A DNA stretch of 64,000 nucleotides from the human T2T-CHM13v2.0 reference genome, Homo sapiens: contig CP086569.2 in NCBI GenBank assembly GCA_009914755.4, forward strand, positions 25,088,001 through 25,152,000. Reading direction: 5' to 3'. This document shows positions 12,403 through 24,528 of the stretch, one piece after another. The notes below the pieces were generated by a model. The model did no database searches and was not told the origin of the DNA. It was given only the letters and a program-made list of their open reading frames with translations. Both the position numbers and the translations under genes were made by a program. Position 1 is the first letter of the stretch; each line of letters begins with the position of its first letter.

Positions 12403-13176
12403 CTATGTCCCTACAAAGGAAATAATCTCATCATTTCTTATGGCTGCATAATATTCCATGCTGTATATGTTCCACATTTTCTTAATCCAGTCTATCATTG
12501 TTGGACATTTGGGTTGGTTCCAAGTCTTTGCTATTGTGAATAGTGCTGCAATAAACATACGTGTGCATGTGTCTTTATAGCAGCATGATTTATAATCCTT
12601 TGGGTATATACCCAGTAATGGGATGGCTGGGTCAAACGGTATTTCTAGTTCTAGATCCCTGAGGAATTGCCACACTGACTTCCACAATGGTTGAACGCGT
12701 TTACCGTCCCACCAACAGAGTAAAAGTGTTCCTATTTCTCCACATCCTCTCCAGCACCTGTTGTTTCCTGACTTCTTAATGATCACCATTCTAACTGGTG
12801 TGAGATGGTATCTCACTGTGGTTTTGATTTGCATTTCTCTGATGGCCAGTGATGGTGAGCATTTTTTCATGTGCTTTTTGGCTGTATAAATGTCTTCTTT
12901 TGAGAAGTGTCTGTTCATGTCCTTCACCCACTTTTTGATGGGGTTGTTGGTTTTCTTCTTGTAAATTTGTTTGAGTTCATTGTAGATTCTGGATATTAGC
13001 CCTTTGTCAGATGAGTAGATGGCAAAAATTTTCTCCCATTCTGTAGGTTGCCTGTTCACTCTGATGGAAGTTTCTTTTGCTGTGCAGAAGCTCTTTTGTT
13101 TAATTAGATCCCTTTTGTCAATTTTGACTTTTGTTACCATTGCTTTTGTTGTTTTAGACATGAAGTCCTTGCCCAT
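12403..13176 (-). pseudogene. L1 ORF2 remnant, C-terminal cysteine-rich region (257-aa ORF)
   Basis: The translation contains [13 protein letters not shown], [123 protein letters not shown]. Confidence 0.9.
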
Positions 13177-13636
13177 GCCAATGTCCTGAATGTTATTGCC
13201 TAGGTTTTCTTCTAGGGTTTTTTATGGTTTTAGGTCTATAATTTAAGTATTTAATCCATATTGAATTAATTTTTGTATAAGATGTAACGAAGGGATCCAG
13301 TCTCAGCTTTCTACATATTGCTGGCCAGTTTTCCCAGCACCACTTCTTAAAAAGGGAATCATTTCCCCATTTCTTGTTTTTGTTAAAAAAACAAAACAAG
13401 GTTTTGGTTGTTTTGTTTTTGTTAAAAAAGCAAAACAGGTTTGTCAAATTTCAGATGGTTGTAGACATGCAGCATTATTTCTGAGGTCTGTGTTCTGTTC
13501 CATTGGTCTATATCTCTGTTTTGGTACCAGTACCATGCTGTTTTGGTTACTGTAGCCTTATAGAATAGTTTGAAGTCAGGTAGCGTGATGCCTCCAGCTT
13601 TGTTCTTTGGGTTTAGGATTGACTTGGCAATGCGGG

Positions 13637-14593
13637 CTATTTTTGGTTCCATATGACCTTTAAAGTAGTTTTTTCCAATTTTGTGAAAAAAGTCATAGGT
13701 AGCTTGATGTGGATGGCATTGAATCTACAAATTACTTTAGGCAGTATGGCCATTTTCACGATGTTGATTCTTCCTACCCATGAGCAAGGGATGGTCTTCC
13801 ATTTGGTTGTATTCTCTTTTATTTCATTATGCAGTGGTTTGTAGTTCTCCTTGAAGAGGCCCTTCACATCCCTTGTAAGTTGGATTCCTAGGTATTTTAT
13901 TCTCTTTGAAGTAATTGTGAATGGGAGTTCACTCATCATTTGGCTCTCTGTTTGTCTGTTATTGGTGTATAAGAATGCTTGTGATTTTTGCACACTGATT
14001 TTGTATCCTGAGACTTTGCCGAAGTTGCCTATCATCTTAAGAAGATTTTTGGCTGAGACGATGGGGTTTTCTAGATGTACAATCATGTCATCTGCAAACA
14101 GGGACAATTTGACTTCCTCTTTTCCTAATTGAATACCCTTTATTTCCTTCTCCTGCCTAATTGCCCTGGCCAGAACTTCCAACACTATGTTGAATAGGAG
14201 TGGTGAAAGAGGGCATGCCTGTCTTGTGCCAGTTTTCAAAGGGAATGCTTCCAGTTTTTGCCCACTCACTATGATATTGCCTGTGGGTTTGTCATAAATA
14301 GTTCTTATTATTTTGAGATCTGTCCCATCAATACCTAATTTATTGAGAGTTTTTAGCATTAAGCATTGCTGAATTTTGTCAAAGGCCTTTTCTGCATCTA
14401 TTGTGATAATCATATGTTTTTTGTCTTTGGTTCTGTTTATATGCTGGATTATGTCTATTGTTTTGCGTATGTTGAAGCAGCCTTGCATTCCAGGGATGAT
14501 GCCCACTTGATCATGGTAGATAAGCTTTTTGATGTGCTGCTGGAATTGGTTTGCCAGTATTTTATTGAGGACTTTTGCATCAATATTCATCAA
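13637..14593 (-). pseudogene. L1 ORF2 remnant, reverse-transcriptase domain (318-aa ORF)
   Basis: [44 protein letters not shown]..., [49 protein letters not shown] (FADD motif), [77 protein letters not shown]. Confidence 0.92.
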
Positions 14594-14971
14594 GGATACT
14601 GGTCTAAAATTCTCTTTTTTTGTTGTGTCTCTGCCAGGCTTTGGTATCAGGATGATGCTGACCTCATAAAATGAATTGGGGAGGATTCCCTCTTTTTCTA
14701 TTGATTGGAATAATTTCAGAAGGAATGGTATCAGCTCTTCCTTGTACGTCTGGTAGAATTACACTGTGAATCCATCTGGTCCTGTACTTTTCTTGGTTGG
14801 TAAGCTGTTAATTATTGCCTCAATTTCAGAGCCTGTTTTTGGTCTATTCAGAGATTCAGCTTCTCCCTGGTTTAGTCTTGGGAGGGTGTATGTGTCAAGG
14901 AATTTATCCATTTCTTCTAGATTTTCTAGTTTATTTGCGTAGACATGTTTATAGTATTCTCTAATGGTAGT

Positions 14972-16193
14972 TCATATTTCTGTGGGATCAGTGGTGATAT
15001 CCCCTTTATCATTTTTTATTGTGTCTATTTGGTTCTTCTCTCTTTTCTTCTTTATTAATCTTGCTAGCAGTCTATCGATTTTGTTGATCTTTTCAAAAAA
15101 CCAGCTCCTGTATTCATTGATTTTTCGAAGGGTTTTCTCTGTCTCTATTTCCTTCAGTTCTGCTCCGATCTTAGTTATTTCTTGCCTTCTGCTGGCTTTT
15201 GAATGTGTTTGCTCTTGTTTCTCTAGTTCTTTTAATTGTGATGTTAGGGTGTCAATTGTAGATGTTTCCTGCTTTCTCTTTTGGGCATTCAGTGCTATAA
15301 ATTTCCCTCTACACACTGCTATGAATGTGTCCCAGAGATTCTGGTATGTTGTGTCTTTTTTCTCATCAGTTTCAAAGAACATCTTTATTTCTGCCTTCAT
15401 TTTGTTATGTACCCAGTAGTCATTCAGGAGCAGGTTTTTCAGTTTCCATGTAGTTGAGCAGTTCTGAGTGAGTTTCTTAATCCTGAGTTCTAGTTTGATT
15501 GCACTGTGGTCTGAGAGAAAGTTTGTTATAATTTCTGTTGTTTCACATTTGCTGAGGGGTGCTTTACTTCCAACTATGTGGTCAATTTTTGAATAAGTGC
15601 AATGTGGTGCTGAGAAGAATGTATACTCTGTTGATTTGGTGTGGAGAGTTCTGTAGAGGTCTATTAGGTCTGCTTGGTGCAGAGCTGAGTTCAATTCCTA
15701 GATATTCTTGTTAACTTTCTGACTTTTTGATCTGTCTTGTGTTGACAGTGGGGTGTTAAAGTCTCCCATTATTATTGTTTGGGAATCTAAGTCTCTTTGT
15801 AGGTCAGTAAGGACTTGCTTTGTGAATCTGGGTGCTCCTGTATTGGGTGCATATATATTTAGGAGAGTTAGCTCTTTTTGTTGAATTGATCCCTTTACCA
15901 TTATGTAATGGCCTTCTTTTTATCTTTTGATCTTTGTTGGTTTAAAGTCTGTTTTATCAGAGACTAGGATTGCAACATCTGCCTTTTTTTGTTTCTCATT
16001 TGCTTGGTGGATATTCCTCCATCCATTTATTTTGAGCCCATATGTGTTTCTGCATGTGAGATGGGTTTCCTGAATACAGCATACTGATGGGACTTGACTC
16101 TATCCAATTTGCCAGTCTGTGCCTTTGAATTGGAGAATTTAGCCCTTTTACATTTAAGGTTAATATAGTTATGTGTGAATTTGCTCTTGTCAT
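14972..16193 (-). pseudogene. L1 ORF2 remnants: endonuclease domain and EN–RT linker, in three fragments
   Basis: ORFs 15996..16193 (MTRANSHITILTLNVKGLNSPIQRHRLANWIES, the ORF2 N-terminus), 15698..15901 (MVKGSIQQKELTLLNIYAPNTGAPRFTKQVLTDLQRDLDSQTIIMGDFNTPLSTQDRS) and 14972..15694 ([60 protein letters not shown]...). Confidence 0.88.
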
Positions 16194-16453
16194 TATGATG
16201 TTAGCTGGTTATTTTGTGCATTAGTTGATGCAGTTTCGTCCTATCCTCAATGGTCTTTACAATTTGGCATGTTTTTTCAGTGGCTGGTACCAGTTGTTCC
16301 TTTCCATGTTTAGTGCCTCCTTGAGGAGCTCTTTTAGGCAGGGCTGGTGGTGACAAAATATCTCAGCATTTGTTTGTCTGTAAAGGATTTTATTTCTCCT
16401 TTACTTATGAAGCTTAGCTTGGCTGGATATGAAATTCTGGGTTGAAAATTCTT

Positions 16454-17273
16454 TTATTTAAGAGTGTTGAATATTGGCCACCACTCTCTTCTGGCTTGTA
16501 GAGTTTCTGCTGAGAGATCAGCTGTTAATCTGATGGGCTTCCCTTTGTGGGTAACCCAACCTTTCTCTCTGGCTGACCTTAACATTTTTTCTTTCATTTC
16601 CACTTTGGTGAATACGACAATTATGTGCCTTTGAGTTGTTCTTCTTGAGGAGTATGTCTGTGGCGTTCTCTGTATTTTCTGAATTTGAATGTTGGCCTGC
16701 CTTGCTAGATAGGGGAAGTTCTCCTGGATAATATCCTGCAGAGTATTTTCCAATTTAGTTCCATTCTCCCCATCACTTTCAGGTACACCAGTCAGATGTA
16801 GATTTGGTCTTTTCACATAGTCCCACATTTCTTGGAGGCTTTTTTTCATTTCTTTTCATTCTTTTTTTTTTCTAAGCTTCTCTTCTCGCTTCATTTCACT
16901 CATTTGATCTTCCATCACTGATACCCTTTCTTCTAGTTGATTGAATAAGCTACTGAGGCTAGTGCATTCTTCTCGTAGTTCTCATGCATGGTTTTCAGCT
17001 CCATCAGGTCCTTTAAGGACTTCTCTGCTTTGGTTATTCTAGTTAGCCATTCATCTAATTTTTTTCTCAGCACTTTTGATTTCTTTGCCATGGGTCTGAA
17101 CTTCCTCCTTTAGCTTAGATCATCTGAAGCCCTCTTCTCTCAACTCGTCAAAGTCATTCTCTGTCCAGCTTTGTCCCATTGCTGGTGAGGAGCTGTGTTC
17201 CTTTGGAGGAGGAGAGGCACTCTGATTTTTAGAGTTTCCAATTTTTCTGCTCTGTTTTTTCCCCATCTCTGTA
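16454..17273 (-). pseudogene. L1 ORF1 remnant, disrupted
   Basis: ORF 16454..16849 translates to an ORF1p C-terminal domain (…FPYLARQANIQIQKIQRTPQTYSSRRTTQRHIIVVFTKVEMKEKMLRSAREKGWVTHKGKPIRLTADLSAETLQARREWWPIFN). The reverse complement of about 17190–17273 gives the ORF1 start MGKKQSRKIGNSKNQSASPPPKE. Confidence 0.8.
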
Positions 17274-18293
17274 GTTTTATTTACCTTTGGTCTTTGATGA
17301 TGGTGATGTACTGATGGGGTTTTGGTATCGATGTCCTTTCTGTTTGTTATTTTTCCTTCTAACAGTCAGGACCCTCAGCTGCAGGTATGTTGGAGTTTGT
17401 TGGAGGTCCAATCCAGACCCTGTTTGCCTGGGTATCAGCAGCGGAGGCTGCAGAACAGTGGATATTGGTGAACAGCAAATGTTGCTGCCTGATCATTCCT
17501 CTGGAAGTTTTGTCTCAGAGGAGTACCTGGCCTTGCGAGGTGTCAGTCTGCACCTACTGGGGGGTGCCTCCCAGTTAGGCTACCCAAGGTTCAGGGAGCC
17601 ACTTGAGGAGGCTGTCTGTCCTTTCTCAGATTTCACGCTGTGTGCTGGGAGAACCGCTACTCTCTTCAAAGCTGTCAGACCGGGACATTTAAGTCTGCAG
17701 AGGATTCTGCTGCTTTTTGTTTGGCAATGCCCTGCCCCTAGAGGTGGAGTCTACGGAGGCAGGCAGGCCTCCTTGATCTGCGGTGGGCTCCCCCCAATTC
17801 AAGCTTCCTGGCCGCTTTGTTTACCTACTCAAGCCTCACAATGGTAGGCGCCCCTCCTCCAGCCTTGCTGCCGCCTTGCAGTTTGATCTCAGACTGCTGT
17901 GCTAGCCATGAGTGAGTCTCCAAGGGTGTAGGACCCTCCGAGCCAGGTGCAGGATATAATCTCCTGGTGTATTGTTTGGTAAGACCATTGGAAAAGCACA
18001 GTATTAGGGTGGGAGTGACACAATTTTCCAGGTGCCGTCTGTCACCCCTTTCTTTGACTAGGAAAGGGAATTTCCTGACCCTTTGCACTTCCTGGGTGAG
18101 GTAATGCCTTGCCCTGCTGCGGCTTATACTCACTGCACTGCATCCACTGTCCTGCACCCACTTTATGACACTCCCCAGTGAGATGAACCCGGTACGTCAC
18201 TTGGAAATGCAGAAATCACCTGTCTTCTGCGTCACTCACGCTGGGAGCTGTAGACTGGAGCTGTTCCTATTCAGCCATCTTGGCTCCACCCCC
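17274..18293 (-). promoter_or_regulatory. L1 5' UTR, the element's internal sense/antisense promoter region
   Basis: It lies between the ORF1 start and the L1 5' terminus. The terminal 100 bp matches the L1PA 5' UTR start in reverse complement. I cannot judge functional status from sequence. Confidence 0.65.
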
Positions 18294-18449
18294 TCCATCT
18301 ACTTTCAAATAAGTTGCTGTGCTATTAATAAAGACCATGAACTGGCAGGAATTGAGTTTTCTATGATCAAATAGTCATTCAAGAAGAATGGTGCCACTTG
18401 TTTGTTTGGTTTGTTCGTTAATTTGTGATTTTGTTGTTGCTGTGATTAA

Positions 18450-18726
18450 GTCTTGCTTTGTTGTCCAGGCCGGGGTGCAATGGCATGATCTTGATTCATT
18501 GCAAAGTTTGCCTCCTGGGCTCAAGTGACTCTCCTGCCTCAGTCTCTGGAGTAGCTGAGACTACAGGCCCCAACACCATGCGTGCTTAATTTTTGTATTT
18601 TTAGTAGAGACGTGGTTTCACCATGTTAGCTAGACAGATCTTGAACTCCTGAACTTAGGTGATTTATCCGCCTCTGCTTTCCAAAGCCCTGAGTGTACAG
18701 GCATGAGCCACGGTGACAGTCCCAGG
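18450..18726 (-). mobile_element. Alu, minus orientation, diverged
   Basis: gtcttgctttgttgtccaggccggggtgcaatggcatgatcttg...gcctcctgggctcaagtgactctcctgcctcagtctctggagtagctgagactacaggc...ttttgtatttttagtagagacgtggtttcaccatgttagc...ccgcctctgctttccaaagccctgagtgtacaggcatgagccacggtgacagtcccagg. Confidence 0.85.
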
Positions 18727-19297
18727 TGGTTGATTTTAATGTAACAATCCAAAAACAAATGTCACAGTCAAGATTTTGTAGATAGATTTAAAACTAACAT
18801 ATTCTGCAGTTGGGAATGAAATGTAATAGCACATACCTTCACATTAATTCATTTATACATTTAGAGATGTTATAAAAATGTATAGGCAGTATACACAGTA
18901 GTACTCAAGAAGCCAAGGAAAGATGTGTGCAGTGCTAAGTGTTGCATATAGGCTTCTGCCAGTGGCTAGGAATAGTGGTCCTGCTGATTATTTCCTTTCC
19001 CTCATAGAGTAAATCATTGATATTCATCCTTGCAAAAAGCTGTAAGGCAGTTTTTAGGAGAGTTGTCAAAGAAAAGCCAAGATTACATTAACATTCATAC
19101 TCAGCCTTTTAGATGTGTCAAAGGTCTCTATTTAAATAAGTAAAATTTGACCAGAACATGAATACACACTCACATCAATGTAGGTACTTTGGTCACAGCA
19201 GTTGCTTTATTTGTACTATATATTGGAATTCTCAGTAATGCTTGTTTTGTGGGTGAACGGAAAGTGGAGGAAGTCACAGAACTTTTATAAAATGTTT

Positions 19298-19395
19298 GGA
19301 ATTGTCCTGGGCATGGTGAATCATGCCTGTAATCTCAGCATTTTTGGAGTCCGAGGTGATACACCAGAGGAGGCTGGGAATGGTCTCCTTGTTCC
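19298..19395 (+). mobile_element. Alu-like monomer (FLAM/FRAM-type) fragment
   Basis: cctgggcatggtgaatcatgcctgtaatctcagcatttttggagtccgaggtgatacaccagaggaggctggg... It forms part of a dispersed duplication with 5732–5990. Confidence 0.55.
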
Positions 19396-20887
19396 TATAA
19401 TAAGATCTTACTGTAAAATAGGTAATGTCCATTGAAAATCAAGTTATACAACCTGTTCTAATGGTGAGCACTTGAACAATTTTGTTCCATTCTGAATTAA
19501 CTTTAAGCAAGTAATTCTAAGTTTTGTCTTTTTACCTTGTGTGAAATAACTACCTTCATTTTTACACCATTTATTTGATTTTTAAAATAAAGATGTTTGT
19601 TCAAGGTTGTGGTAGTTTAATATTCATATTTAATGTGCTGCCCATCACATCTGTTTATGTTCTATTTCCCCTATTGGTAGTGTTCAAACTAATATGATGT
19701 CTTAACCTGTTATACAGCACTGATATTGAAACAAACTAAATCCCAGATCTATGGGTGCAGAAAAAGGTAAGACTCATATAGAAATCTAGGAGTAATTTCA
19801 GCAAGCATGTATTTTTTAATACAGTTGTTCCTGCCTTCAATGAGCATATAATCCAGAGGGATATCATCCATCCAAGAGCAGCAGGGTGAGTGACAGCAGG
19901 AAGACATGGCTCAGCTGCTGACAGTGGAACATTGAAAATAGCCTTTTCTCCATGCTAATGAAGGTGAAATAGGAATAGCAATCCATGTCCTGGGTATTTT
20001 GTAGTAAAGTTAAGTGCCAAATTTCATATGTGACAAATTCTTTGAAGGAGCTGCAAGGAAAGTGGAGCATTAAATGTGACCTCCAATGTGGGCTGCAGAG
20101 AAAAGTATTGCAGTCATGAAGGTGTGAAGAAGAGCACTGGGTCACATGGGTAGAACTGTCAGCTGATAGATAGGAGCTGATCATGGGGAAAGATAAGCTG
20201 GCAAAGCTTGGATCTGGTAGGTGATGTCCCTTTAAGGCTCTTTAACATAAGAGCAATGAAATGAAATCAGTCTTAAAATCAGTCCCCTGTTAGAATATGT
20301 ATGTTACCACTAAATTGGTTATCTGCTTTAGTGCTCCAAGAGTGATCCAGAAGAAATGCGGATATGGAGTTTCATCCTCTTGTTATACCTGGAAACTTCC
20401 AGAATACATCCTTTTCCATGGACACAGATATTCTCAATCTCTCTTTTGACCATGCTGTACTTGTGATCTTTATCTTTTCAGTCACTTCAACACTTCCTAG
20501 TTGTCAGTCCAGAGTTCCAGAAAGCACTGACTGTCCAGACACCACCTTTCACTGGGTACCACACTGGTGCGTTTCTCTACTTACCACTTTGCTACTCTAC
20601 CTGACACGTTTATTGTGAGAAAACTTATATGGTGGTGTCATGATACAAAAGTGAAAATTTAGGTTTTTCCAGAAACGTAAATAGTTTTCTTCTAAGATAG
20701 GAAGCAGTAGGAATGTTTTCTCTTCAACTTGGAAACTTTCCCAAAGAATGAAAATTAACAAAGTATTTATTTAATTGGAATGGAATTATAATTTTATATC
20801 CTCTACTCAGCACATTGTAATTGTTACATAAGTTATTAAATGCACATTTGTCTATTCTCCAAGTTCGGTAGTTAGCCTTTTCTATAA

Positions 20888-21244
<357 letters not shown>

Positions 21245-23487
21245 CTAGCTGTATATATGACAGACTGTATGGAGCAACTTCTGTACCACTGGGAACCACC
21301 CTTCCTTCAAACTATGAAGTATCGTCTATGGTTCTTCTGTCCAGGGTGGCTCTGCAGCTGCTTCTCACTGCTCCTGCTGCCACACTCACCACCTGCTTTG
21401 TTCTCCTAGCATTTTCTATTGCATTTTTTATAAAATCTTTCCCAATGGCTACATTGGGTGGGGCCAGGAAGAGAAATGTTTTGATGTAATTTTTCAGAAC
21501 TCCACCCCCTATATGACAGCCACCTCCCCTCACCCAGCATGTCCTTTGATATCCCCATCACTCCCCAGTTGCCGGTCTCATCCACATTCAGTCCAAGCTT
21601 CAGTTAACTTCTGTATAATCAGATAGTCACCAGCTGCATGGAAAATTAACATCCATAAGAGGACACAATTTGCTTTATCAAGTCTGATCTTTGCAGCAAA
21701 TATTTTTTTTAAACAAACACAAAATTCCTTGAGAGAGAATCACTAAATGATGTTCAGTAATAGAGGAGACACTGAGCAAATACATGGGCTAATAAAGACA
21801 TCTTTATTTACCCTCTGACAAAGTACAATCCTTCTTAGTATTTCCTCTAAGAGTGATAAAGTTAGCTTGTGTCTTGTGTTCAAAAGCAATGGCTTAACTT
21901 CAACTAGGAGACTTTCCACAAGAGTGAAGAAAGTAACACAAATATTAGCTATCCCATTAGTGGAATTGTAATTTTGTATCCTCTGAACACATATTATATT
22001 TCTTAAATCAGTTATCAAATGCAGATTTGTCTTTTCTCCAAGTTCAGTAGTTGGTCTTTATCTGAAAACTGAACGTTGTATATGGAAATGCTTTTTATTC
22101 ATGGACAGCTTGAATTTAGCTGGATGTGTGACAGAGTGTATGAGGCAACTCTTGTGCCACTGTTGGCCATCCCTCCTCCTGGGGCTGTGAAACATGACCT
22201 ATGGTGGTATAAGTTTATTAATGACACACAAATGAAGAGTAATTACTAGTAAGAATAATTCTAATACTATGTGGAATGGAAATAAAAAAGGTTAAGTCAT
22301 TTTGAAAAGGATAAATAAGTAAATAAGAATGCATTGGAAATATGTTAGATTCTAATCTTTCATATCCAACATTATTGTCTTAGGAAATCATTTTCTTTCA
22401 CCAAGAATACAATGTTAATTGCACAAAAATCATGTACATAGAAAAATTAGTTTCCCATTTTTCCAGGAAAAAATTTCAAGTATAAATTCTAGAATAGTCA
22501 AGTATCTTATCTTAATTATAATTAAAGTCTTGGTCCTCTCATTTATTAGCTCTCTAATTTGCATGTGTAAATCAAAGAGACTTTTTAGACAACCATTACA
22601 ATTTATAAATGTAAGGTTTCATTATTGAGAAAATATATTCCTCCATGAGTGGATATGTCCCATCTCCCACCAACTAATGACACAGGGCTATACATTTGTT
22701 GAATCTTATTAGTAAGTAATACACTGCTACAAACACTAATTGTCTTCTCCATGTCCATGTTGATTTTGTGTATATGTGTGAATTGGTTAGCATGCATCTG
22801 CCTTATCTCTAACATTCAATAACAAGATGTGCCAGGCTTGGGCTTTTGGTGAAGGTTGACCATGCCTGTGTTCATCAAGTGATCTGACATATCCACAGTC
22901 ACAAGAATTTTTTGAACCCCATCCTCAAAGGCTGCTGCCACATTTGTGGCATCTTTTGCACTTGTTGCAAAGTAAGGGTAGTCACTGTCCTTCCTGCATA
23001 ATGCAGCTGTTCTTCTATAAACACCTGCCTTTCGTTTATGCCAGTCCTGGAATGCAGAACTACAAAAGGAAATCGCTCAGGTTCTTTCCAATTACTTAAG
23101 TTCTGGAAGCTTCCTAAATCATTGATTCTAAAAATAAGCAGAGAACTGTCAGAACCTCTGTAAAATGGTGTCCTCAGGCTTCAGAATCTCTCCTGACCTG
23201 CCATGTCACAAATCTGTATGGTAACAAAATGTCCACCCCTTTCAAATCTTATTTTAAAATTCCACATCTATTGCATGGAACAGCTGAGTGCCAAACTTAA
23301 TAGTTACTTATCTGTTCCTAAGTGAACTCTTCCCAACCCCACCATCTCCAAAGAGAATTACTTTAAAAAGTGATGAATTTCCTGCCACTGTTAATTGCAA
23401 GAGCTTCAAGAACCCTTGAAAATAAAAAGGCACCATAACATTCCTTTTTGCCTACCTATTCATCTATATGAGTGTATGAATATCAGC

Positions 23488-23797
23488 TTTATTTATTTTT
23501 CTTTTTTTTTTTTTTTGAGATGGAGTCTCACTCTGTTACCCAGGCTGGAGTGCAGTGGCATTATCTGGCTCACTGCAAGCTCTGCCTCCCAGGTTCACAC
23601 TATTCTCCTGCCTCAGCCTTCTGATTAGCTGGGACAACAGGAACCTGCCACCACAACTGGCTAATTTTTTTGTATTTTTATCAGAGACGGGGTTTCACAG
23701 TGTTAGCCAGGATGGTCTTGATTTCCTGACCTCGTGATCCACCCGCCTCAGCCTCCCAAAGTGCTGGGATTACAGGCGTGAGTCACCATGCCTGGCC
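23488..23797 (-). mobile_element. Alu (AluS-like), minus orientation, with a TSD
   Basis: It begins with a poly-T run and then gagatggagtctcactctgttacccaggctggagtgcagtggcattatctggctcactgcaagctctgcctcccaggttcacactattctcctgcctcagcc...cctcccaaagtgctgggattacaggcgtgagtcaccatgcctggcc. The TSD gaatatcagc appears at 23478–23487 and at 23798–23807. Confidence 0.9.
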
Positions 23798-24225
23798 GAA
23801 TATCAGCATTTAACTGAAGTAACACACATAAACCTACAGAATAACTAAAAATAAGACTTGTTGTTTACTGAGCATACAGCCATGTGTGGGCTACTATACT
23901 ACCATGATTCTCTGAAACAACTAAAAAGGGCTCACTCTTCCCCTTTATCAGGTCACAATTGACTGTGAAGCTGGTACTTTAGCTGAAATGTGACATCAAA
24001 GCTCTTGTTATGAACAGTGAATCTATGATAAGCCCCTCTCTGCTCATAGTAAGCTCCACTACTGTTGGTTAGAGATGGATAAGAGAGCAAAGATTGTATG
24101 TTTCTGATACAGCAAGATTTATACCTTAGGGAGTATGTTTATGACAAAGGTAATGGAGGTTAGTGTTGAGAGAGCAAGAAACTTTATAGTTATATCTGAG
24201 CCAAAAAGAAGAGCCATGTTTAAGC

Positions 24226-24528
24226 TAGGCACGTTGGTTCATGCCTGTAATCCCAGCACTTTGGGAGGCCAAGGTGGGCAGATCATGAGATCAGGAGCTT
24301 GAGACCAACATGAAAAACAGGCTGAAACCCTGTTCTACTAAAAATACAAAAATTAGCCAGGGGTGGTGGTGTGTGCCTGTAATATCAGCTACGCAGGAGG
24401 CTGAGGCAGGAGAATCCCTTGAATCCGAGAGGAGGAGGTTGCAGTGAGCTGAGATTGCACACATGCACCCCAGCTTGGATGACAGGGCAAGCAAGACTCC
24501 ATCTCAAACAAACAAACAAGCAAACCAA
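24226..24528 (+). mobile_element. Alu (AluS-like), + orientation, with a (CAAA)n-type tail
   Basis: ggcacgttggttcatgcctgtaatcccagcactttgggaggccaaggtgggcagatcatgagatcaggagcttgagaccaacatg...aaaaattagccaggggtggtggtgtgtgcctgtaatatcagctacgcaggaggctgaggcaggagaatcccttgaatccgagaggaggaggttgcagtgagctgagattgcacacatgcaccccagcttggatgacagggcaagcaagactccatctcaaacaaacaaacaagcaaaccaag. Confidence 0.9.

Larger units (their letters stand above)
12103..18293 (-). mobile_element. Full-length L1PA retrotransposon of about 6.2 kb, minus orientation, with an A-rich tail and flanking TSDs; ORF1 and ORF2 are disrupted
   Basis: The 3' end is the reverse complement of the L1 3' UTR (ttaagttttaaggtacatgtgcacaacgtgcaggttagttacatatgtatacatgtgccatg...) at 12118 onward, preceded by a T-rich tail complement. 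The 5' end is the reverse complement of the L1 5' UTR start (gggggtggagccaagatggctgaataggaacagctccagtctacagctcccagcgtgagtgacgcagaagacaggtgatttctgcatttcc) and ends at about 18293. Flanking direct repeats are tccatctatatt (12090–12101) and tccatctacttt (18294–18305). Supplied minus-strand ORFs match ORF2p (EN, RT and C-terminal domains) and ORF1p. Confidence 0.92.
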
